In this document: one piece after another, positions 11,314 through 22,270 of the stretch
Numbering within the stretch: position 1 is the stretch's first letter
How the letters are laid out: every line of letters starts with the position of its first letter
NCBI GenBank assembly: GCA_965203325.1
Contig: OZ241875.1
Location: forward strand, 3,616,001-3,680,000
DNA length: 64,000 nt
From: a bacterium
GTDB lineage: Bacteria > UBA8248
Direction of reading: 5' to 3'
Notes under the pieces: model-generated
Told to the model about the DNA's origin: nothing
Database searches by the model: none
What the model saw: only the letters and a program-made list of their open reading frames with translations
Program-made: the position numbers and the translations under genes

Positions 11314-12381
11314 ATGGCGCTTCGGGATCAATTCATTCGTCGCTGGCGGCTTCTCAGGGCTCTGGAGAGCGGAGAGAGCTGGTCCTATGAAGAACTCCTG
11401 GCGGTCCTGAGCGAGGAGCCGGCCGAAGGCGACGGCCAGAGGTGGAGCTTGAGAACGCTTCAAAGGGATATTTCGCATTTGGCCAAGGCGGGGTTTCCGC
11501 TGGAGAGGGTTCGCACGGGCCGGAAGATGCGGTATCGTTTGTTGAGGGAATATGTGGATTCGGTTCCGAAGCCGTTTTCACCTTCTCAGTGGGCGTCATT
11601 GTATTACGCCCTGTGCATGATGCGGGATTTGCCGAGCAGCCCATTGAGAGAGCAGTCGCTCGGCGACAGCGTCGGCGGCGTTTTCAGCCGGTTGCGGAGT
11701 TATATTCCTGCGGCTTTGCGCGCCTATGCGGAGGGAGTGGAGCCGCGCTACGCCGGGGTCGTGGGAGCGCTCAGAGAGCACGGGCGGCAGCGTAGGGTAG
11801 GCGGCGTCCTGAGCGAGGCGATAGAGAAGGGAAGACCTGCGCGAATCCTGGCGGCGCGCGCGGGCGAGATTCGGAAACGCTGGTGGAAGGTGGACCCCTA
11901 TCTGTTGCATTTCGACGGAGGAAGCTATCACCTGCTGGCGCGCGAATCCGAGAAAAACGCCCTGGACGTCTGGCACCTGGAGGGTATAGAGAGCGTCCGC
12001 GTCATGGCCGGGGCCTTTCAGATGCCGCTGGACCTGGATTTGAAGGCTTTGCTGGCCGAGTGCTTGCGCGAAGCAGTGAATAATGGTTTGAATGTGAAGG
12101 TCCGGTTCGGGAAGGACGTGTCGCTTCATGCAGTCGTCGCCTTCATGAAAGAAGCGTTCGGTGAAGTGGCGCTTTTGAAGAAATCGGGCAAACCGAGCCG
12201 CGACGTGACGGTTCGGGTAAGTGACATATGGGGTTTCAGGCGATGGCTGATGTCTTTCGGTCAGGAGGCGGAGTTGATGGCCCCGGCCGAATTGCGAGAT
12301 GCGTTCGCTCAGGATCTGGAAGCCGCCTTGAAGAAGTACCGCAAGAGCCGTCGCGGGAAAAAAGCAGCTAATCCGGCCTGA
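11314..12381 (+). CDS. HTH-WYL-WCX transcriptional regulator with a divergent WYL domain
   Basis: wHTH SLRTLQRDI; WYL-like VDPYLL....SYHLLA; WCX-like WLMSFGQEAELMAPAELR; RBS AGGAAGG before ATG 11314. Confidence 0.8.
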   Translation: MALRDQFIRRWRLLRALESGESWSYEELLAVLSEEPAEGDGQRWSLRTLQRDISHLAKAGFPLERVRTGRKMRYRLLREYVDSVPKPFSPSQWASLYYALCMMRDLPSSPLREQSLGDSVGGVFSRLRSYIPAALRAYAEGVEPRYAGVVGALREHGRQRRVGGVLSEAIEKGRPARILAARAGEIRKRWWKVDPYLLHFDGGSYHLLARESEKNALDVWHLEGIESVRVMAGAFQMPLDLDLKALLAECLREAVNNGLNVKVRFGKDVSLHAVVAFMKEAFGEVALLKKSGKPSRDVTVRVSDIWGFRRWLMSFGQEAELMAPAELRDAFAQDLEAALKKYRKSRRGKKAANPA

Positions 12382-12404
12382 TAAATTGTTGGGGAGGGCC
12401 CGGT

Positions 12405-12686
12405 ATGAGATTGCGAAAAGAGATGATCGAGCGAATCGCCCACAGGATCGTCGAGAGGCTGGTTCGCCGCGAATTGATGTCCGAGGATTCGAACCATGAA
12501 GTGCTTCGGACCCGGATAGCGCACGTCATCGAAGCGGACCTGATGGTGGAAGACCGCTTGAACGACGAGGTCAAGGAAATCCTGCGGGATTTCGAGGAGG
12601 AGATGGACAGGGGCAACGTGGACTACAGCCGGATGTTCACGATGGTGAAAACCAAACTGGCGCGCGAGCGGAATCTCGTGCTTTAG
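12405..12686 (+). CDS. DUF507 family protein
   Basis: MRL....IERIA..I....EDRLNDEVKEIL..MFTMVKTKLARERNLVL pattern. Confidence 0.8.
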   Translation: MRLRKEMIERIAHRIVERLVRRELMSEDSNHEVLRTRIAHVIEADLMVEDRLNDEVKEILRDFEEEMDRGNVDYSRMFTMVKTKLARERNLVL

Positions 12687-12736
12687 CGGCATGGCGAAGT
12701 TTTTCAGGTCATTCTTATTACAAGGAGAGCGCGGCC

Positions 12737-13012
12737 ATGAAACTCAGCCGCGAGAAGATCAATCATCTGACGAATCTGGTCGTCAAGGATATGGAAGAGT
12801 GCGAGGATGTGGATTTTCTCGTCGAGCCCGAAGAGTTGCGCATGAACGTTCTGCGCGCCATCAGCAACGAGTTGATCATTGATGACGAGATTGAAGAAGA
12901 GGTGCGGAGAATTCTGAGCACCTATTCCAGCAGGCTGGTCGAGGGAAGCCGTGATTGGGAGATACTCTTCAACAAGCACTATGAGCAAGAGGCCAAACGA
13001 CGCGGCATTTGA
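12737..13012 (+). CDS. DUF507 family protein (second paralog)
   Basis: MKLSREKINHL...EGSRDWEILFNKHYEQE pattern; RBS AAGGAG. Confidence 0.8.
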   Translation: MKLSREKINHLTNLVVKDMEECEDVDFLVEPEELRMNVLRAISNELIIDDEIEEEVRRILSTYSSRLVEGSRDWEILFNKHYEQEAKRRGI

Positions 13013-13066
13013 TCTCCTCAACCGATGTTCCCGACTTGACGCCTCCCACAAACGGAAAGCGGTGAC

Positions 13067-13672
13067 GTGCGCAAGGTTGGCCTGACCGGGGGAATCGCCA
13101 GCGGAAAATCCACGGTAAGCGGGATGTTCCGGGAGTTGGGCGTCCCGGTTATCGACGCGGACGTCATCGCGCGCGAGGTGGTTGCTCCGGGGTCTCGCGC
13201 TCTCGAGGCGATAGTCGATGCTTTCGGTGAAGAAGTCCTTACCGAAGAGAAGAGCCTGAACCGCGCCCGGCTCGGGGAGATTGTTTTTTCCGACCCGGCG
13301 AAAAAGAAAGTTCTGGAGGGGATACTGCATCCTGAAATCATCGCCGAGCAGGACAGGCGGTTGAAAGGCCTCGAACGGGAGGGGCGGACGCCCGTCGCGA
13401 TCGTGGACGCCGCCGTCATGATCGAGTCGGGGAGTTGGAAGCGGTTCGACTCGCTGGTGGTTGTCGATTGCGATGAATCCCAGCAGATCGGCCGGCTGCG
13501 CCTGCGAAACGGCATGAATGAAGAGGAAGCCGTCAGGCGCGTCAATGCGCAGATGCCGCTGTCTGAAAAGGTGAAGTATGCGGATCACGTGATTGACAAT
13601 CGCGGCTCGATCGATGATACCCGAAAGCAGGTAGAGGAGTTGATGAAATTACTTTCCAGGGGTATGAGATAA
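13067..13672 (+). CDS. coaE: Dephospho-CoA kinase
   Basis: VGLTGGIASGKSTV, IDADVIAR, LNRARLGEIVF, ILHP, QMPL motifs. Confidence 0.96.
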   Translation: MRKVGLTGGIASGKSTVSGMFRELGVPVIDADVIAREVVAPGSRALEAIVDAFGEEVLTEEKSLNRARLGEIVFSDPAKKKVLEGILHPEIIAEQDRRLKGLEREGRTPVAIVDAAVMIESGSWKRFDSLVVVDCDESQQIGRLRLRNGMNEEEAVRRVNAQMPLSEKVKYADHVIDNRGSIDDTRKQVEELMKLLSRGMR

Positions 13673-13678
13673 AAAGTG

Positions 13679-13707
13679 TTGACAAATTTGTTTGAACTGA
13701 TTATTTT
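13679..13707 (+). promoter_or_regulatory. Sigma70-type promoter about 400 nt upstream of rho
   Basis: TTGACA-17 nt-TATTTT in AT-rich context. Confidence 0.6.
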
Positions 13708-14114
13708 TTTGAAACACTTTTGAATTCTATTCCTGATACGTTTTCGTCGCCCTGAACTTCAAACACCATCTGATGCGCAACGGTTTGGAAATTTCGATAA
13801 GAGAAAAAATCTGTCTTGGAAATTACGAGGGTACTCAGTCATATTTCTGTCCTCGGAAGAGTATCATTCCGGCAACGGGTTTTGCGCGCGCCCCTGGCCG
13901 GCTCTGAAAGCACCGGATGCGCGCCTCGCATCGCACCCGGCGATGAGAACCCGCTTTTGAATCTGACATGAAGGAATTTCATTACATCAACTTTACCGCT
14001 TGAGGCTAGGAGGAAAAGTCTCCCCGCGCAGAATGTGGCGAGTGGTGCGACCAGAAGGCGCCATCTCACGTTCCAGGCGGTAGAAGGTTCCCACCCAACA
14101 AGGAGAAGGGAGTT

Positions 14115-15407
14115 ATGTCAACACCAGAAACAAAATCTCGCAGCTTGAACCTGGCGGAACTGAAGAAAAAGACCATCGGAGAACTCAACCAGATTCTCAA
14201 GGAGTTCAACTCCGAAAGCGCCAGCGGACTCAGAAAACAGGATCTGATTTACAAGATACTCGAGGCGCAGTCCGACAAGGATCGCAACGGCGGTGGTGGA
14301 ACCATCACCGGAGAGGGCGTGCTCGAGATTTTGCCGGACGGGTTCGGGTTCCTGCGTTCGCCCGCATACAACTATCTGCCCGGCCCCGACGATATTTACG
14401 TTTCCCCGAGCCAGATCCGCCGCTTCGATCTCCGCACCGGCGATACGGTGAGCGGTGAAATCCGCCAGCCGAAAGAGGGGGAGCGGTATTTCGCGCTCTT
14501 GAAGGTCGAGAAGATCAATTTCGAACCACCCGAGGCGAGCAAGGACAAAGTCCTGTTCGATAACCTCACCCCCTTGTACCCGGACCGCAGGATAGGGCTC
14601 GAAATTTCCGGCGAGGAGGTGAGTTCGCGCGTGCTGGACCTCATGACGCCGATCGGCTTCGGGCAGCGCGGCCTCATCGTCGCCGCGCCCAGAACCGGCA
14701 AGACGATGATGCTTCAGTCCATCGCGAAGAGCATCGCCACCAATCACCCCGACGTGCATCTCATCGTTTTGCTCATCGACGAGCGTCCCGAGGAAGTCAC
14801 GGACATGGAGCGCTCCGTGCGCGGTGAGGTGATCAGCTCGACCTTCGACGAGCCCGCTTCCCGCCACGTGCAGGTGGCGGACATGGTGATCGAAAAGGCG
14901 AAGAGGCTCACCGAGCACAAACAGGACGTCGTCATCCTGCTCGATTCCATCACGCGGCTGGCGCGCGCGCACAACACCATCATCTCGCCGAGCGGGAAGG
15001 TTCTCTCCGGCGGCGTGGACTCGAACGCGCTCCAGCGGCCCAAGCGCTTCTTCGGCGCGGCGCGCAACCTGGAGGAAGGCGGCAGCCTCACCATTCTCGC
15101 CACGGCTCTGGTAGAGACGGGCAGCCGGATGGACGACGTGATTTTCGAGGAGTTCAAGGGTACGGGCAACATGGAAGTGCACCTCGACAGGAAACTCTCC
15201 GACAAGCGCGTGTTCCCCTCGGTCGACATCAACAAGTCCGGCACGAGAAAAGAGGAATTGCTGCTCAGCCCGCAGGAGCTCAACCGCGTCTGGGTGTTGC
15301 GCAAGGTCTTGCAGCCGCTTGGCGTGGTGGATTCGATGGAACTCCTGCTCGAGAAAATCCAGGAGACGAAGACCAACGAAGATTTCCTCGCTTCGATGAA
15401 CAACTAG
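14115..15407 (+). CDS. rho: Transcription termination factor Rho
   Basis: [41 protein letters not shown]. Confidence 0.99.
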   Translation: MSTPETKSRSLNLAELKKKTIGELNQILKEFNSESASGLRKQDLIYKILEAQSDKDRNGGGGTITGEGVLEILPDGFGFLRSPAYNYLPGPDDIYVSPSQIRRFDLRTGDTVSGEIRQPKEGERYFALLKVEKINFEPPEASKDKVLFDNLTPLYPDRRIGLEISGEEVSSRVLDLMTPIGFGQRGLIVAAPRTGKTMMLQSIAKSIATNHPDVHLIVLLIDERPEEVTDMERSVRGEVISSTFDEPASRHVQVADMVIEKAKRLTEHKQDVVILLDSITRLARAHNTIISPSGKVLSGGVDSNALQRPKRFFGAARNLEEGGSLTILATALVETGSRMDDVIFEEFKGTGNMEVHLDRKLSDKRVFPSVDINKSGTRKEELLLSPQELNRVWVLRKVLQPLGVVDSMELLLEKIQETKTNEDFLASMNN

Positions 15408-15438
15408 CCAACTTCTTGTTTTCACCCGATTTGAGGGG

Positions 15439-15467
15439 TAGACAAGGAGCGGGCGTTTCGATATAAA
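15439..15467 (+). promoter_or_regulatory. Possible sigma70 promoter for the rpmE-prfA operon
   Basis: TAGACA-17 nt-TATAAA followed by a hairpin ctctctcc/ggagagag. Confidence 0.5.
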
Positions 15468-15559
15468 GCGCTCTCTCCGAAGAGGAGAGAGGCCGGTTTT
15501 TATCGGAATTTACGGAATCGTTTTCTACGTTTCACCCTGAAATTTTGGAGCGCCCGGTT

Positions 15560-16186
15560 ATGAAGGCCGAGATTCATCCCGAGTTGTTCGAGTGCAGCGT
15601 CTTCTGCAGTGGTTGCGGCGTCGCGTTCACCACGTTCACCACGCGCAAGGAAATCCGCGTGGAGATCTGCTCGCAGTGCCACCCGTTCTTCACGGGAAAA
15701 CAGGCGCGCATCGTCGATACCGAAGGCCGCGTGGAGAAGTTCGTCAAGAAGTTCGAGGGTAAGGAGACGCGCGTCTCCAAGCGCAAGCGTAAACACGCCG
15801 CCGCCGAGGCGGAGCGCGCGGCCCGGCTGGAGCGCGAGGCGAAGCAGGCCGCCGAGAAAGCGGAGGAGGAGAAAAAGCTCCGCGAAGAGGCCCGCAAGAA
15901 GCGCGCCGAGGAGCGCGCCGCGAGACAAGCCGCCCAGGCGGCGAAAGAGCAATCCGCCGAGGCCGAAGCTCTCGCCTCCGGGGATGCCGCGCCCGCACCC
16001 GAACCGAGCGATGCTGAGACGGCTTCACCGGAGCCTGAGTCCACCGATGCCGTGTCCGCCGCCTCCGAGGATGCCGCGCCAGAACCTGCACCGGCCGAGA
16101 CTGTCGCCGCTGTGGACGACGCTTCAGCCGAAGCGTCGCCTGCGCCCGAACCTTCCGGAGAAGCCGAGAAGCCCGAGGATTCATAA
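15560..16186 (+). CDS. rpmE: 50S ribosomal protein L31 (zinc type) with long C-terminal extension
   Basis: [36 protein letters not shown]; rho-rpmE-prfA synteny. Confidence 0.93.
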   Translation: MKAEIHPELFECSVFCSGCGVAFTTFTTRKEIRVEICSQCHPFFTGKQARIVDTEGRVEKFVKKFEGKETRVSKRKRKHAAAEAERAARLEREAKQAAEKAEEEKKLREEARKKRAEERAARQAAQAAKEQSAEAEALASGDAAPAPEPSDAETASPEPESTDAVSAASEDAAPEPAPAETVAAVDDASAEASPAPEPSGEAEKPEDS

Positions 16187-16307
16187 GGGCGGAGCCACCC
16201 GTGTTTGCCTGGGGGCCGCCCTGGGCGGTGGTTCCTCGGCAAACGCGAATTCGTGGCCCTGAGGACTGTTCCGGGCCACCTCATTCGCTGCCCGTCGGTT
16301 AATCCCC

Positions 16308-17399
16308 ATGTTCGAAAAAATCGAGCAGATCATCGAAAAGCACCGGACGCTGGAGATGCGCCTCTCGGACCCGGCCCTGCTCAAGGACCGCAAGAAATTC
16401 GAGCAGACCGCCCGCGAGCACAAGGAACTCACCCAGGTCGTCCAGGCCTATGCGGAATGGCGCGGCTACGAAAACGCCGTCGAGGAGGCGAAGACGCTTC
16501 TCGAAGACGGGGATCCTGAGATGAACGAACTCGCGCAGGCGGAACTCGAAGACGCGGGCGCGAAGCGCGAAGAGGTGGAGGAGCGGCTGCGCCGGCTGTT
16601 GCTTCCCAAAGACCCGAACGATGAGAAAAACGTCATCCTCGAAGTCCGCGCGGGCACGGGCGGCCAGGAGGCCGCGCTCTTCGCCGGCGATCTGTACCGC
16701 ATGTACGCCCGTTACGCCGAACTCCAGGGCTGGGGGGTGGAGGAGTTGAGCAAGAGCGAGAGCGACTTAGGGGGCCTCAAGGAGGTATCCGCGCTCATCA
16801 AGGGCGCGGGCGCCTACAGCCGCCTGCGCTATGAGAGCGGGACGCATCGCGTCCAAAGGGTGCCCGTCACCGAGACGCAGGGCCGAATCCACACCTCCGC
16901 CGCCACGGTGGCCGTGCTGCCCGAGGCGGATGAGATTGCGCTCGACATCGGAGAGAAGGACTTGCGGATCGACGTCTACCGCTCCTCGGGCCCGGGGGGC
17001 CAGAGCGTGAACACGACCGATTCCGCTGTCCGCATCACCCATGTGCCCACCGGCCTCGTCGTCACCTGTCAGGACGAGAAGAGCCAGCACAAAAACCGCG
17101 CCAAGGCGATGAAGATACTCTCGGCGCATCTGCTGGACATGGAAATCCAGAAGCAAATGTCCGAGCGTTCCGCGCACCGCAAAAGCCTCGTGGGGAGTGG
17201 GGACAGAAGCGAGCGTATCAGGACCTACAATTTCCCCCAGGACAGGATCACCGATCACCGCATCGGCCTCACCCTCCACGGCCTCCCCGGCTTCATGGAG
17301 GGCGGCATCGACGATATGGTCAAGCGGGTGATAGAGAGCCGCGAGGCGGAGCGTCTGGCCGAACTGGAAGAAAGCACGCAAGCCCACTCCGCAGAATGA
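16308..17399 (+). CDS. prfA: Peptide chain release factor 1
   Basis: PVT specificity motif (RVPVTE), [27 protein letters not shown]. Confidence 0.98.
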   Translation: MFEKIEQIIEKHRTLEMRLSDPALLKDRKKFEQTAREHKELTQVVQAYAEWRGYENAVEEAKTLLEDGDPEMNELAQAELEDAGAKREEVEERLRRLLLPKDPNDEKNVILEVRAGTGGQEAALFAGDLYRMYARYAELQGWGVEELSKSESDLGGLKEVSALIKGAGAYSRLRYESGTHRVQRVPVTETQGRIHTSAATVAVLPEADEIALDIGEKDLRIDVYRSSGPGGQSVNTTDSAVRITHVPTGLVVTCQDEKSQHKNRAKAMKILSAHLLDMEIQKQMSERSAHRKSLVGSGDRSERIRTYNFPQDRITDHRIGLTLHGLPGFMEGGIDDMVKRVIESREAERLAELEESTQAHSAE

Positions 17400-18286
17400 C
17401 GACTTCTCCTCCTGCGGCGCAAAGCGAATCAGAATCTAAAGTGTGCGCTCTGCTCTCCCGTCTGGAGAAGCGGTTCGCAGACGCTGGCGTGGACTCGCCG
17501 GGGCTGGATGCGCGGCTCATCCTGGCGATGGTATTAGGCTGCGACAGGGTGCATCTCCACGCTTATCCTGAAAAGGTGGTGCCTCACGAGGCGCTCGCGA
17601 AGGCCGAGGCCCTGGCGCGGAGAAGAGAGGCCCGCGAGCCGATGGCCTATATATTGGGCGAGCGGGAGTTCTGGTCCATGTCTTTTTCCGTTTCACCGGA
17701 CGTGCTGATTCCCAGGCCCGAATCCGAGCTGCTCGTCGAGCGCGCCGTGGCGCTTTTAAGAGAGAAGGGAGAGAGCAGGATACTCGACGTAGGATGCGGC
17801 AGCGGTGCGGTGGGTCTGGCGGTCGCGAGTGAATTGACTGAGGCGCACGTCACCCTGCTCGACCTCTGCCCGAAGGCGCTCGAAGTGGCGAGGCGAAACG
17901 CCGAAAAATTCGGTTTGAACGGCCGAACGAGACTCGTGGCTTCGGATTTGTTTCAGGAGCTCGCCGAGGGAGAGGAATTCGACCTCATCGTCTCGAACCC
18001 GCCCTATGTGGCCACGGGCGAACTGGACGGCTTGATGCCGGAAATTTCATCGTTCGAGCCGCGAATCGCGCTGGACGGCGGCGCGGACGGGATGGACCTC
18101 ATCCGGTGCATCATCGAGAAGGCGCCCGCATATCTCGCGCACGGGGGTTCGTTGCTGATCGAGATGGACCCGCGCCAGATGGCCGAGGCGGAGGATTTCT
18201 CGCAGAGGCGGGGGAATTTTCACGCAACGAGACGCCATAAAGACCTCGCAGGGCGCGAGAGGGTTTTGGAACTTCAGGGGGCTTAG
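17396..18286 (+). CDS. prmC: Release factor glutamine methyltransferase
   Basis: [30 protein letters not shown]; overlaps prfA stop. Confidence 0.95.
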   Translation: MTTSPPAAQSESESKVCALLSRLEKRFADAGVDSPGLDARLILAMVLGCDRVHLHAYPEKVVPHEALAKAEALARRREAREPMAYILGEREFWSMSFSVSPDVLIPRPESELLVERAVALLREKGESRILDVGCGSGAVGLAVASELTEAHVTLLDLCPKALEVARRNAEKFGLNGRTRLVASDLFQELAEGEEFDLIVSNPPYVATGELDGLMPEISSFEPRIALDGGADGMDLIRCIIEKAPAYLAHGGSLLIEMDPRQMAEAEDFSQRRGNFHATRRHKDLAGRERVLELQGA

Positions 18287-18289
18287 GTT

Positions 18290-19549
18290 GTGGAGCGATT
18301 TCGAATCCGGGGAGGCAGGCCGCTGCGCGGCGAGACCGAGGCGTCGGGCTCCAAGAACGCTTCCTTGCCGATTCTGGCCGCCGCCATCCTGGCCGATGGC
18401 GTCAGCCATGCGCGGCGCGTGCCGGACTTGCGCGATACGAACACGATTCTGGGGCTTCTGGGCGAATTCGGCGTAAAGACGCGCGAAGAATCGCCCGGGC
18501 GCATCACCCTGGACGCCACGAACATCACCGGCGGCGTCGCGCCCTATGAGCTGGTGCAGGCGATGCGGGCCTCCATACTGGTGCTGGGGCCGTTGCTGGC
18601 GCGCTTCGGCTCGGCCCGGGTCTCCCTGCCGGGCGGCTGCGCCATCGGGGCGAGACCCATCGATCAACACCTGAAGGGCCTGAGCGCGATGGGGGCGGAG
18701 ATCGGGATAGAACAAGGCTACATCGAAGCCGGGGCGCGGAAACTCACCGGCGCGCGCATCTCGTTCGACCTCACGACGGTGACGGGGACGAAGAACCTGA
18801 TGATGGCGGCCTCTCTGGCGGAAGGAGTCACAGTGCTTGAGAATGCCGCTTTGGAGCCCGAGGTGGTCGCGCTCGCGGATTTGTTGAACCAGATGGGCGC
18901 CAGGGTCAGCGGCGCGGGCACGCCCGTTATCGAGATCGAAGGGGTGGATTCCCTCGCGGGCTACGACGTGGCCGTTCCCGCGGACCGCATCGAGGTGGGA
19001 ACCCTCATGATTGCCGCGGCCATCACGGGAGGGGATTTGAGGATAACGGATTGTGAGCCGGAGCAAGTGCACGCTCTGGCGCTCAAGCTGAGCGAGGCCG
19101 GCCTGGAAGTTTCAGAGGGCGCGGACTGGATTCGCGTGCAAGGCGACGGCTCCGTGCGGCCCGTGAACGTCAAGACGGCGCCCTATCCGGGATTCCCCAC
19201 GGATCTGCAGGCCCAGTTCATGGCGCTGATGACGCTGGCGGGCGGAACCTGCGTGCTTACGGAGACCATCTTTGAGAACCGCTTCATGCACGCCGCCGAG
19301 CTTGCCAGAATGAACGCGCGGATTCATATCGACGGCCGGACGGCGCACATCGATGGCGTGGCGCATCTCGCCGGCGCCTCGGTGACGGCGACCGACTTGC
19401 GGGCGAGCGCATCGCTTGTTCTGGCGGGTCTGGCGGCGGATGGAGAAACCGTCGTTCGCAACGTATATCATATCGACAGGGGATATCAGCGGCTCGAAGA
19501 GAGGTTGAGAGAACTCGGCGCGGATATCCGGCGCGAAGTGGAGTCGTGA
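18290..19549 (+). CDS. murA: UDP-N-acetylglucosamine 1-carboxyvinyltransferase
   Basis: [43 protein letters not shown]. Confidence 0.98.
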   Translation: MERFRIRGGRPLRGETEASGSKNASLPILAAAILADGVSHARRVPDLRDTNTILGLLGEFGVKTREESPGRITLDATNITGGVAPYELVQAMRASILVLGPLLARFGSARVSLPGGCAIGARPIDQHLKGLSAMGAEIGIEQGYIEAGARKLTGARISFDLTTVTGTKNLMMAASLAEGVTVLENAALEPEVVALADLLNQMGARVSGAGTPVIEIEGVDSLAGYDVAVPADRIEVGTLMIAAAITGGDLRITDCEPEQVHALALKLSEAGLEVSEGADWIRVQGDGSVRPVNVKTAPYPGFPTDLQAQFMALMTLAGGTCVLTETIFENRFMHAAELARMNARIHIDGRTAHIDGVAHLAGASVTATDLRASASLVLAGLAADGETVVRNVYHIDRGYQRLEERLRELGADIRREVES

Positions 19550-20256
19550 TGAAAGAGAATCGGGAAAAAGAATTGATCATCGCCCTGCCCAAGGGAAGAA
19601 TTTTCACAGAGGCGACCGAGTGTCTGGTGAAGGCGGGCGTATTGTCCAAACCGATATCGGACAAATCCCGCAAGCTCATCCTGCGCGACCCGAAAACGGG
19701 AATACGGGTCCTGATTCTCAGGAACCACGACGTGCCCATCTACGTGGAGCGCGGGGCCGCCGATTTGGGTGTCATCGGGCGCGACGTATTGCTCGAACAG
19801 GGGCGCGACGTATATGAACCCTTGGACTTGAAGGTGGCGCCGTGCCGCCTCATGGTGGCGGCGCCCGAGGGCATCACCTGGAAAGATTTGACCGGACGAA
19901 TCTCGCTGCGCGTGGCGACGAAGTTTCCCGCCATCACCACCCGGTTTTTCGAGCGGATGGGGGTTCAGGCCAAGATCATCCGGCTTTACGGCAACGTGGA
20001 AATCGCCCCCGCCACCGGGGTGGCGGACCTGGTTGTGGATCTGGTCGACACCGGCGGGACGCTGCGGGCCAACGGGCTGGCGCCGATTCGCGAGATATTC
20101 AGCGCGACCGCCAGGCTCATCGCCAACCGTGCGAGCTTGAAGACGAACTACAAGAAGGTGAGCGCGATCATCGAACAGTTGAAGGGGGTGATCCCCACAG
20201 CCCAAAGCCGATCCGGTAACGGCGCGGGGTCTGCGTCCGGCGAGGAGAAGGCGTGA
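19546..20256 (+). CDS. hisG: ATP phosphoribosyltransferase, short form
   Basis: IALPKGRI, DLGVIGRDVLLE, VATKFP, DLVDTGGTLRANGL; no C-terminal regulatory domain. Confidence 0.95.
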   Translation: MMKENREKELIIALPKGRIFTEATECLVKAGVLSKPISDKSRKLILRDPKTGIRVLILRNHDVPIYVERGAADLGVIGRDVLLEQGRDVYEPLDLKVAPCRLMVAAPEGITWKDLTGRISLRVATKFPAITTRFFERMGVQAKIIRLYGNVEIAPATGVADLVVDLVDTGGTLRANGLAPIREIFSATARLIANRASLKTNYKKVSAIIEQLKGVIPTAQSRSGNGAGSASGEEKA

Positions 20257-21548
20257 GACGCTTCAGCTACGGGGCGGAGAATTTCGCCGCCGAAATCGAG
20301 CGCCTCTCCCTGAGCGGGGAGGATGCGTTTTCCCGCGTCGAGGCGGACGTGCGCGCGATCATCGAGCGCGTGCGAAATGAAGGCGATGACGCGCTTATCG
20401 CACTGACGCAGGCGTTCGACGGCGTTTCCCTGGACGCCGGGAGCCTCGTCGTAGGTCAAGAGGAGATGGCGCGCGCGCTCGATGCGCTGCCGTCCGAAAC
20501 GCTGGACGCCCTGAAGCTCGCCGAGGAGCGGATTCGCGCATTTCACGAGGCGCAGGTTCCTCAGGCGATCGCGACCGGGCAGACACCCGGCGAGCGGCTT
20601 ACGCTCGAACCCACTGCCCTCAAAAGCGTGGGCCTCTATGCGCCCGGCGGCACGGCGGCCTATCCCTCGACAGTGCTCATGAACGCGACTCCCGCGCGCG
20701 CCGCGGGCGTGGACGAGTTGGTTCTGTGCACGCCGCCGGGCCCGGACGGCGAGGTACCCGCCGCCGTGCTGGCGTCGGCTTCCCTGGCGGGTCTTAAGCG
20801 CGTCGTGCGCGTCGGCGGGGCGCAGGCGGTCGCCGCCATGGCGTATGGCACCAAGAGCGTTCCCCGCGTGGACAAGATAGTGGGGCCGGGCAACGTGTAC
20901 GTCGCCGCCGCCAAGCGCATCGTTCGTGGGCGCGTGGAAATCGATAAAGAGGCCGGGCCGAGCGAGGTGGTCGTGCTCATCGACGATACGGCCTTGGCCG
21001 AATGGGCGGCGGCGGACCTGCTCGCCCAAGCCGAGCACGACTCACAGGCGATGGCGGTAGGCGTCTGCGTGGGAGCGGACGTGGCCGACGCCCTGGAGCG
21101 GGAAGTGGAGAGTCAGTTGCGCTCCGCTACGAGGAGCGGGGAGATAGCGCAGGCATTGGAGAATCGAGGCGCCATCATCGAGGCGGCATCGCGCGAGGAG
21201 GCGCTGGAAGTGGCGGAGATGCTCGCGCCCGAGCACCTGGAGATTTTGATGGAGCGGGCCGAAGAGGCGGCCGGGGGGATTCGCAATGCCGGGGCGGTAT
21301 TCTGCGGGCCGTGGAGTCCGGTTGCCCTGGGCGATTACGTCGCAGGCCCCAACCACGTGCTTCCCACCGGGGGGGCGGCGCGCTTCGCCTCGCCGCTCGG
21401 CGTGTATGACTTCATCAAGTGGACGAGCAAGGTGTATTTCGATGAAGATGCCGCCGCGCGGCTGGCCGAACCCGCGGCGCGGCTCGCCGATCTCGAGGGC
21501 CTGCCCGCGCACGCGCGGGCCTTGCGCTTGAGGCGCGGCGCATCCTGA
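20253..21548 (+). CDS. hisD: Histidinol dehydrogenase
   Basis: YAPGG, GGAQAVAAMAYGT, GPGNVYV, AGPSE, QAEHD, APEHLE, GPNHVLPT. Confidence 0.97.
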   Translation: MRRFSYGAENFAAEIERLSLSGEDAFSRVEADVRAIIERVRNEGDDALIALTQAFDGVSLDAGSLVVGQEEMARALDALPSETLDALKLAEERIRAFHEAQVPQAIATGQTPGERLTLEPTALKSVGLYAPGGTAAYPSTVLMNATPARAAGVDELVLCTPPGPDGEVPAAVLASASLAGLKRVVRVGGAQAVAAMAYGTKSVPRVDKIVGPGNVYVAAAKRIVRGRVEIDKEAGPSEVVVLIDDTALAEWAAADLLAQAEHDSQAMAVGVCVGADVADALEREVESQLRSATRSGEIAQALENRGAIIEAASREEALEVAEMLAPEHLEILMERAEEAAGGIRNAGAVFCGPWSPVALGDYVAGPNHVLPTGGAARFASPLGVYDFIKWTSKVYFDEDAAARLAEPAARLADLEGLPAHARALRLRRGAS

Positions 21549-21640
21549 GGGGACGCTGGCGGGGCGCGTTCGGATCAAGCATAATCGCACTGCCGTAAGG
21601 CGGCGTTTAACGGAAATTTTCATCCGCCGGGAGAGAGAAG

Positions 21641-22243
21641 GTGGCGTCGAGAGCCAAGCAGAGAAAAGCGCGCGTGAGCAGAAAGACGAAGGAGACCGAT
21701 TTCTCCGTGGCGATCAACTTGGACGGCGCGGGCGAGGCCGAAATCAATACCGGCCTCGGTTTTTTCGATCACATGCTCGCCCAGATCGCCCGCCACGGGC
21801 TGGTGGATTTGACCGTCCGCGGCAAGGGAGACCTGGACGTCGACGGCCACCACACGGTCGAGGACGTAGGCATCATCCTGGGGCGGACGCTGGCGAAGGC
21901 GCTCGGTGACCGGGCGGGCATCACCCGCTACGCCGACGTGCGCCTGCCCATGATGGACGCGCTCGTTCACGTGGCGGCGGATTTCGGCGGCAGGGGGAAC
22001 CTCGTCTTCCGCGCCGCTTTCCCCGAAGCCCGGATCGGCGAGTTTGACACCGCGCTCGTGCGCGAGTTCTTCTGGTCGGTGGCCACCCACGCGGGCGTCG
22101 ACCTTCACATCGAGGTCTGCTACGGGGACAACAGCCACCACATGGTCGAAGCCGTGTTCAAGGGCTTCGCGCGGGCGCTTCGGGCAGGCGTCGCGCTCGA
22201 CCCGAGAGATACGAGCGTGCCCAGCACGAAGGGTGTTTTATAA
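21641..22243 (+). CDS. hisB: Imidazoleglycerol-phosphate dehydratase (monofunctional)
   Basis: RKTKET, FFDHML, DGHHTVED, NSHHMVEAVFK, PSTKGVL. Confidence 0.97.
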   Translation: MASRAKQRKARVSRKTKETDFSVAINLDGAGEAEINTGLGFFDHMLAQIARHGLVDLTVRGKGDLDVDGHHTVEDVGIILGRTLAKALGDRAGITRYADVRLPMMDALVHVAADFGGRGNLVFRAAFPEARIGEFDTALVREFFWSVATHAGVDLHIEVCYGDNSHHMVEAVFKGFARALRAGVALDPRDTSVPSTKGVL

Positions 22244-22270
22244 GACGGCATTTTGGGGATGGGGAGCGGC

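Noticed and set aside
14118..15425. 435-aa antisense ORF to rho, and similar long antisense ORFs over mutS2, rpoD, ilvA/purH, mraY, murD and ftsZ
   Set aside because: Typical shadow ORFs of GC-rich, codon-biased genes; they fully overlap well-supported CDSs.
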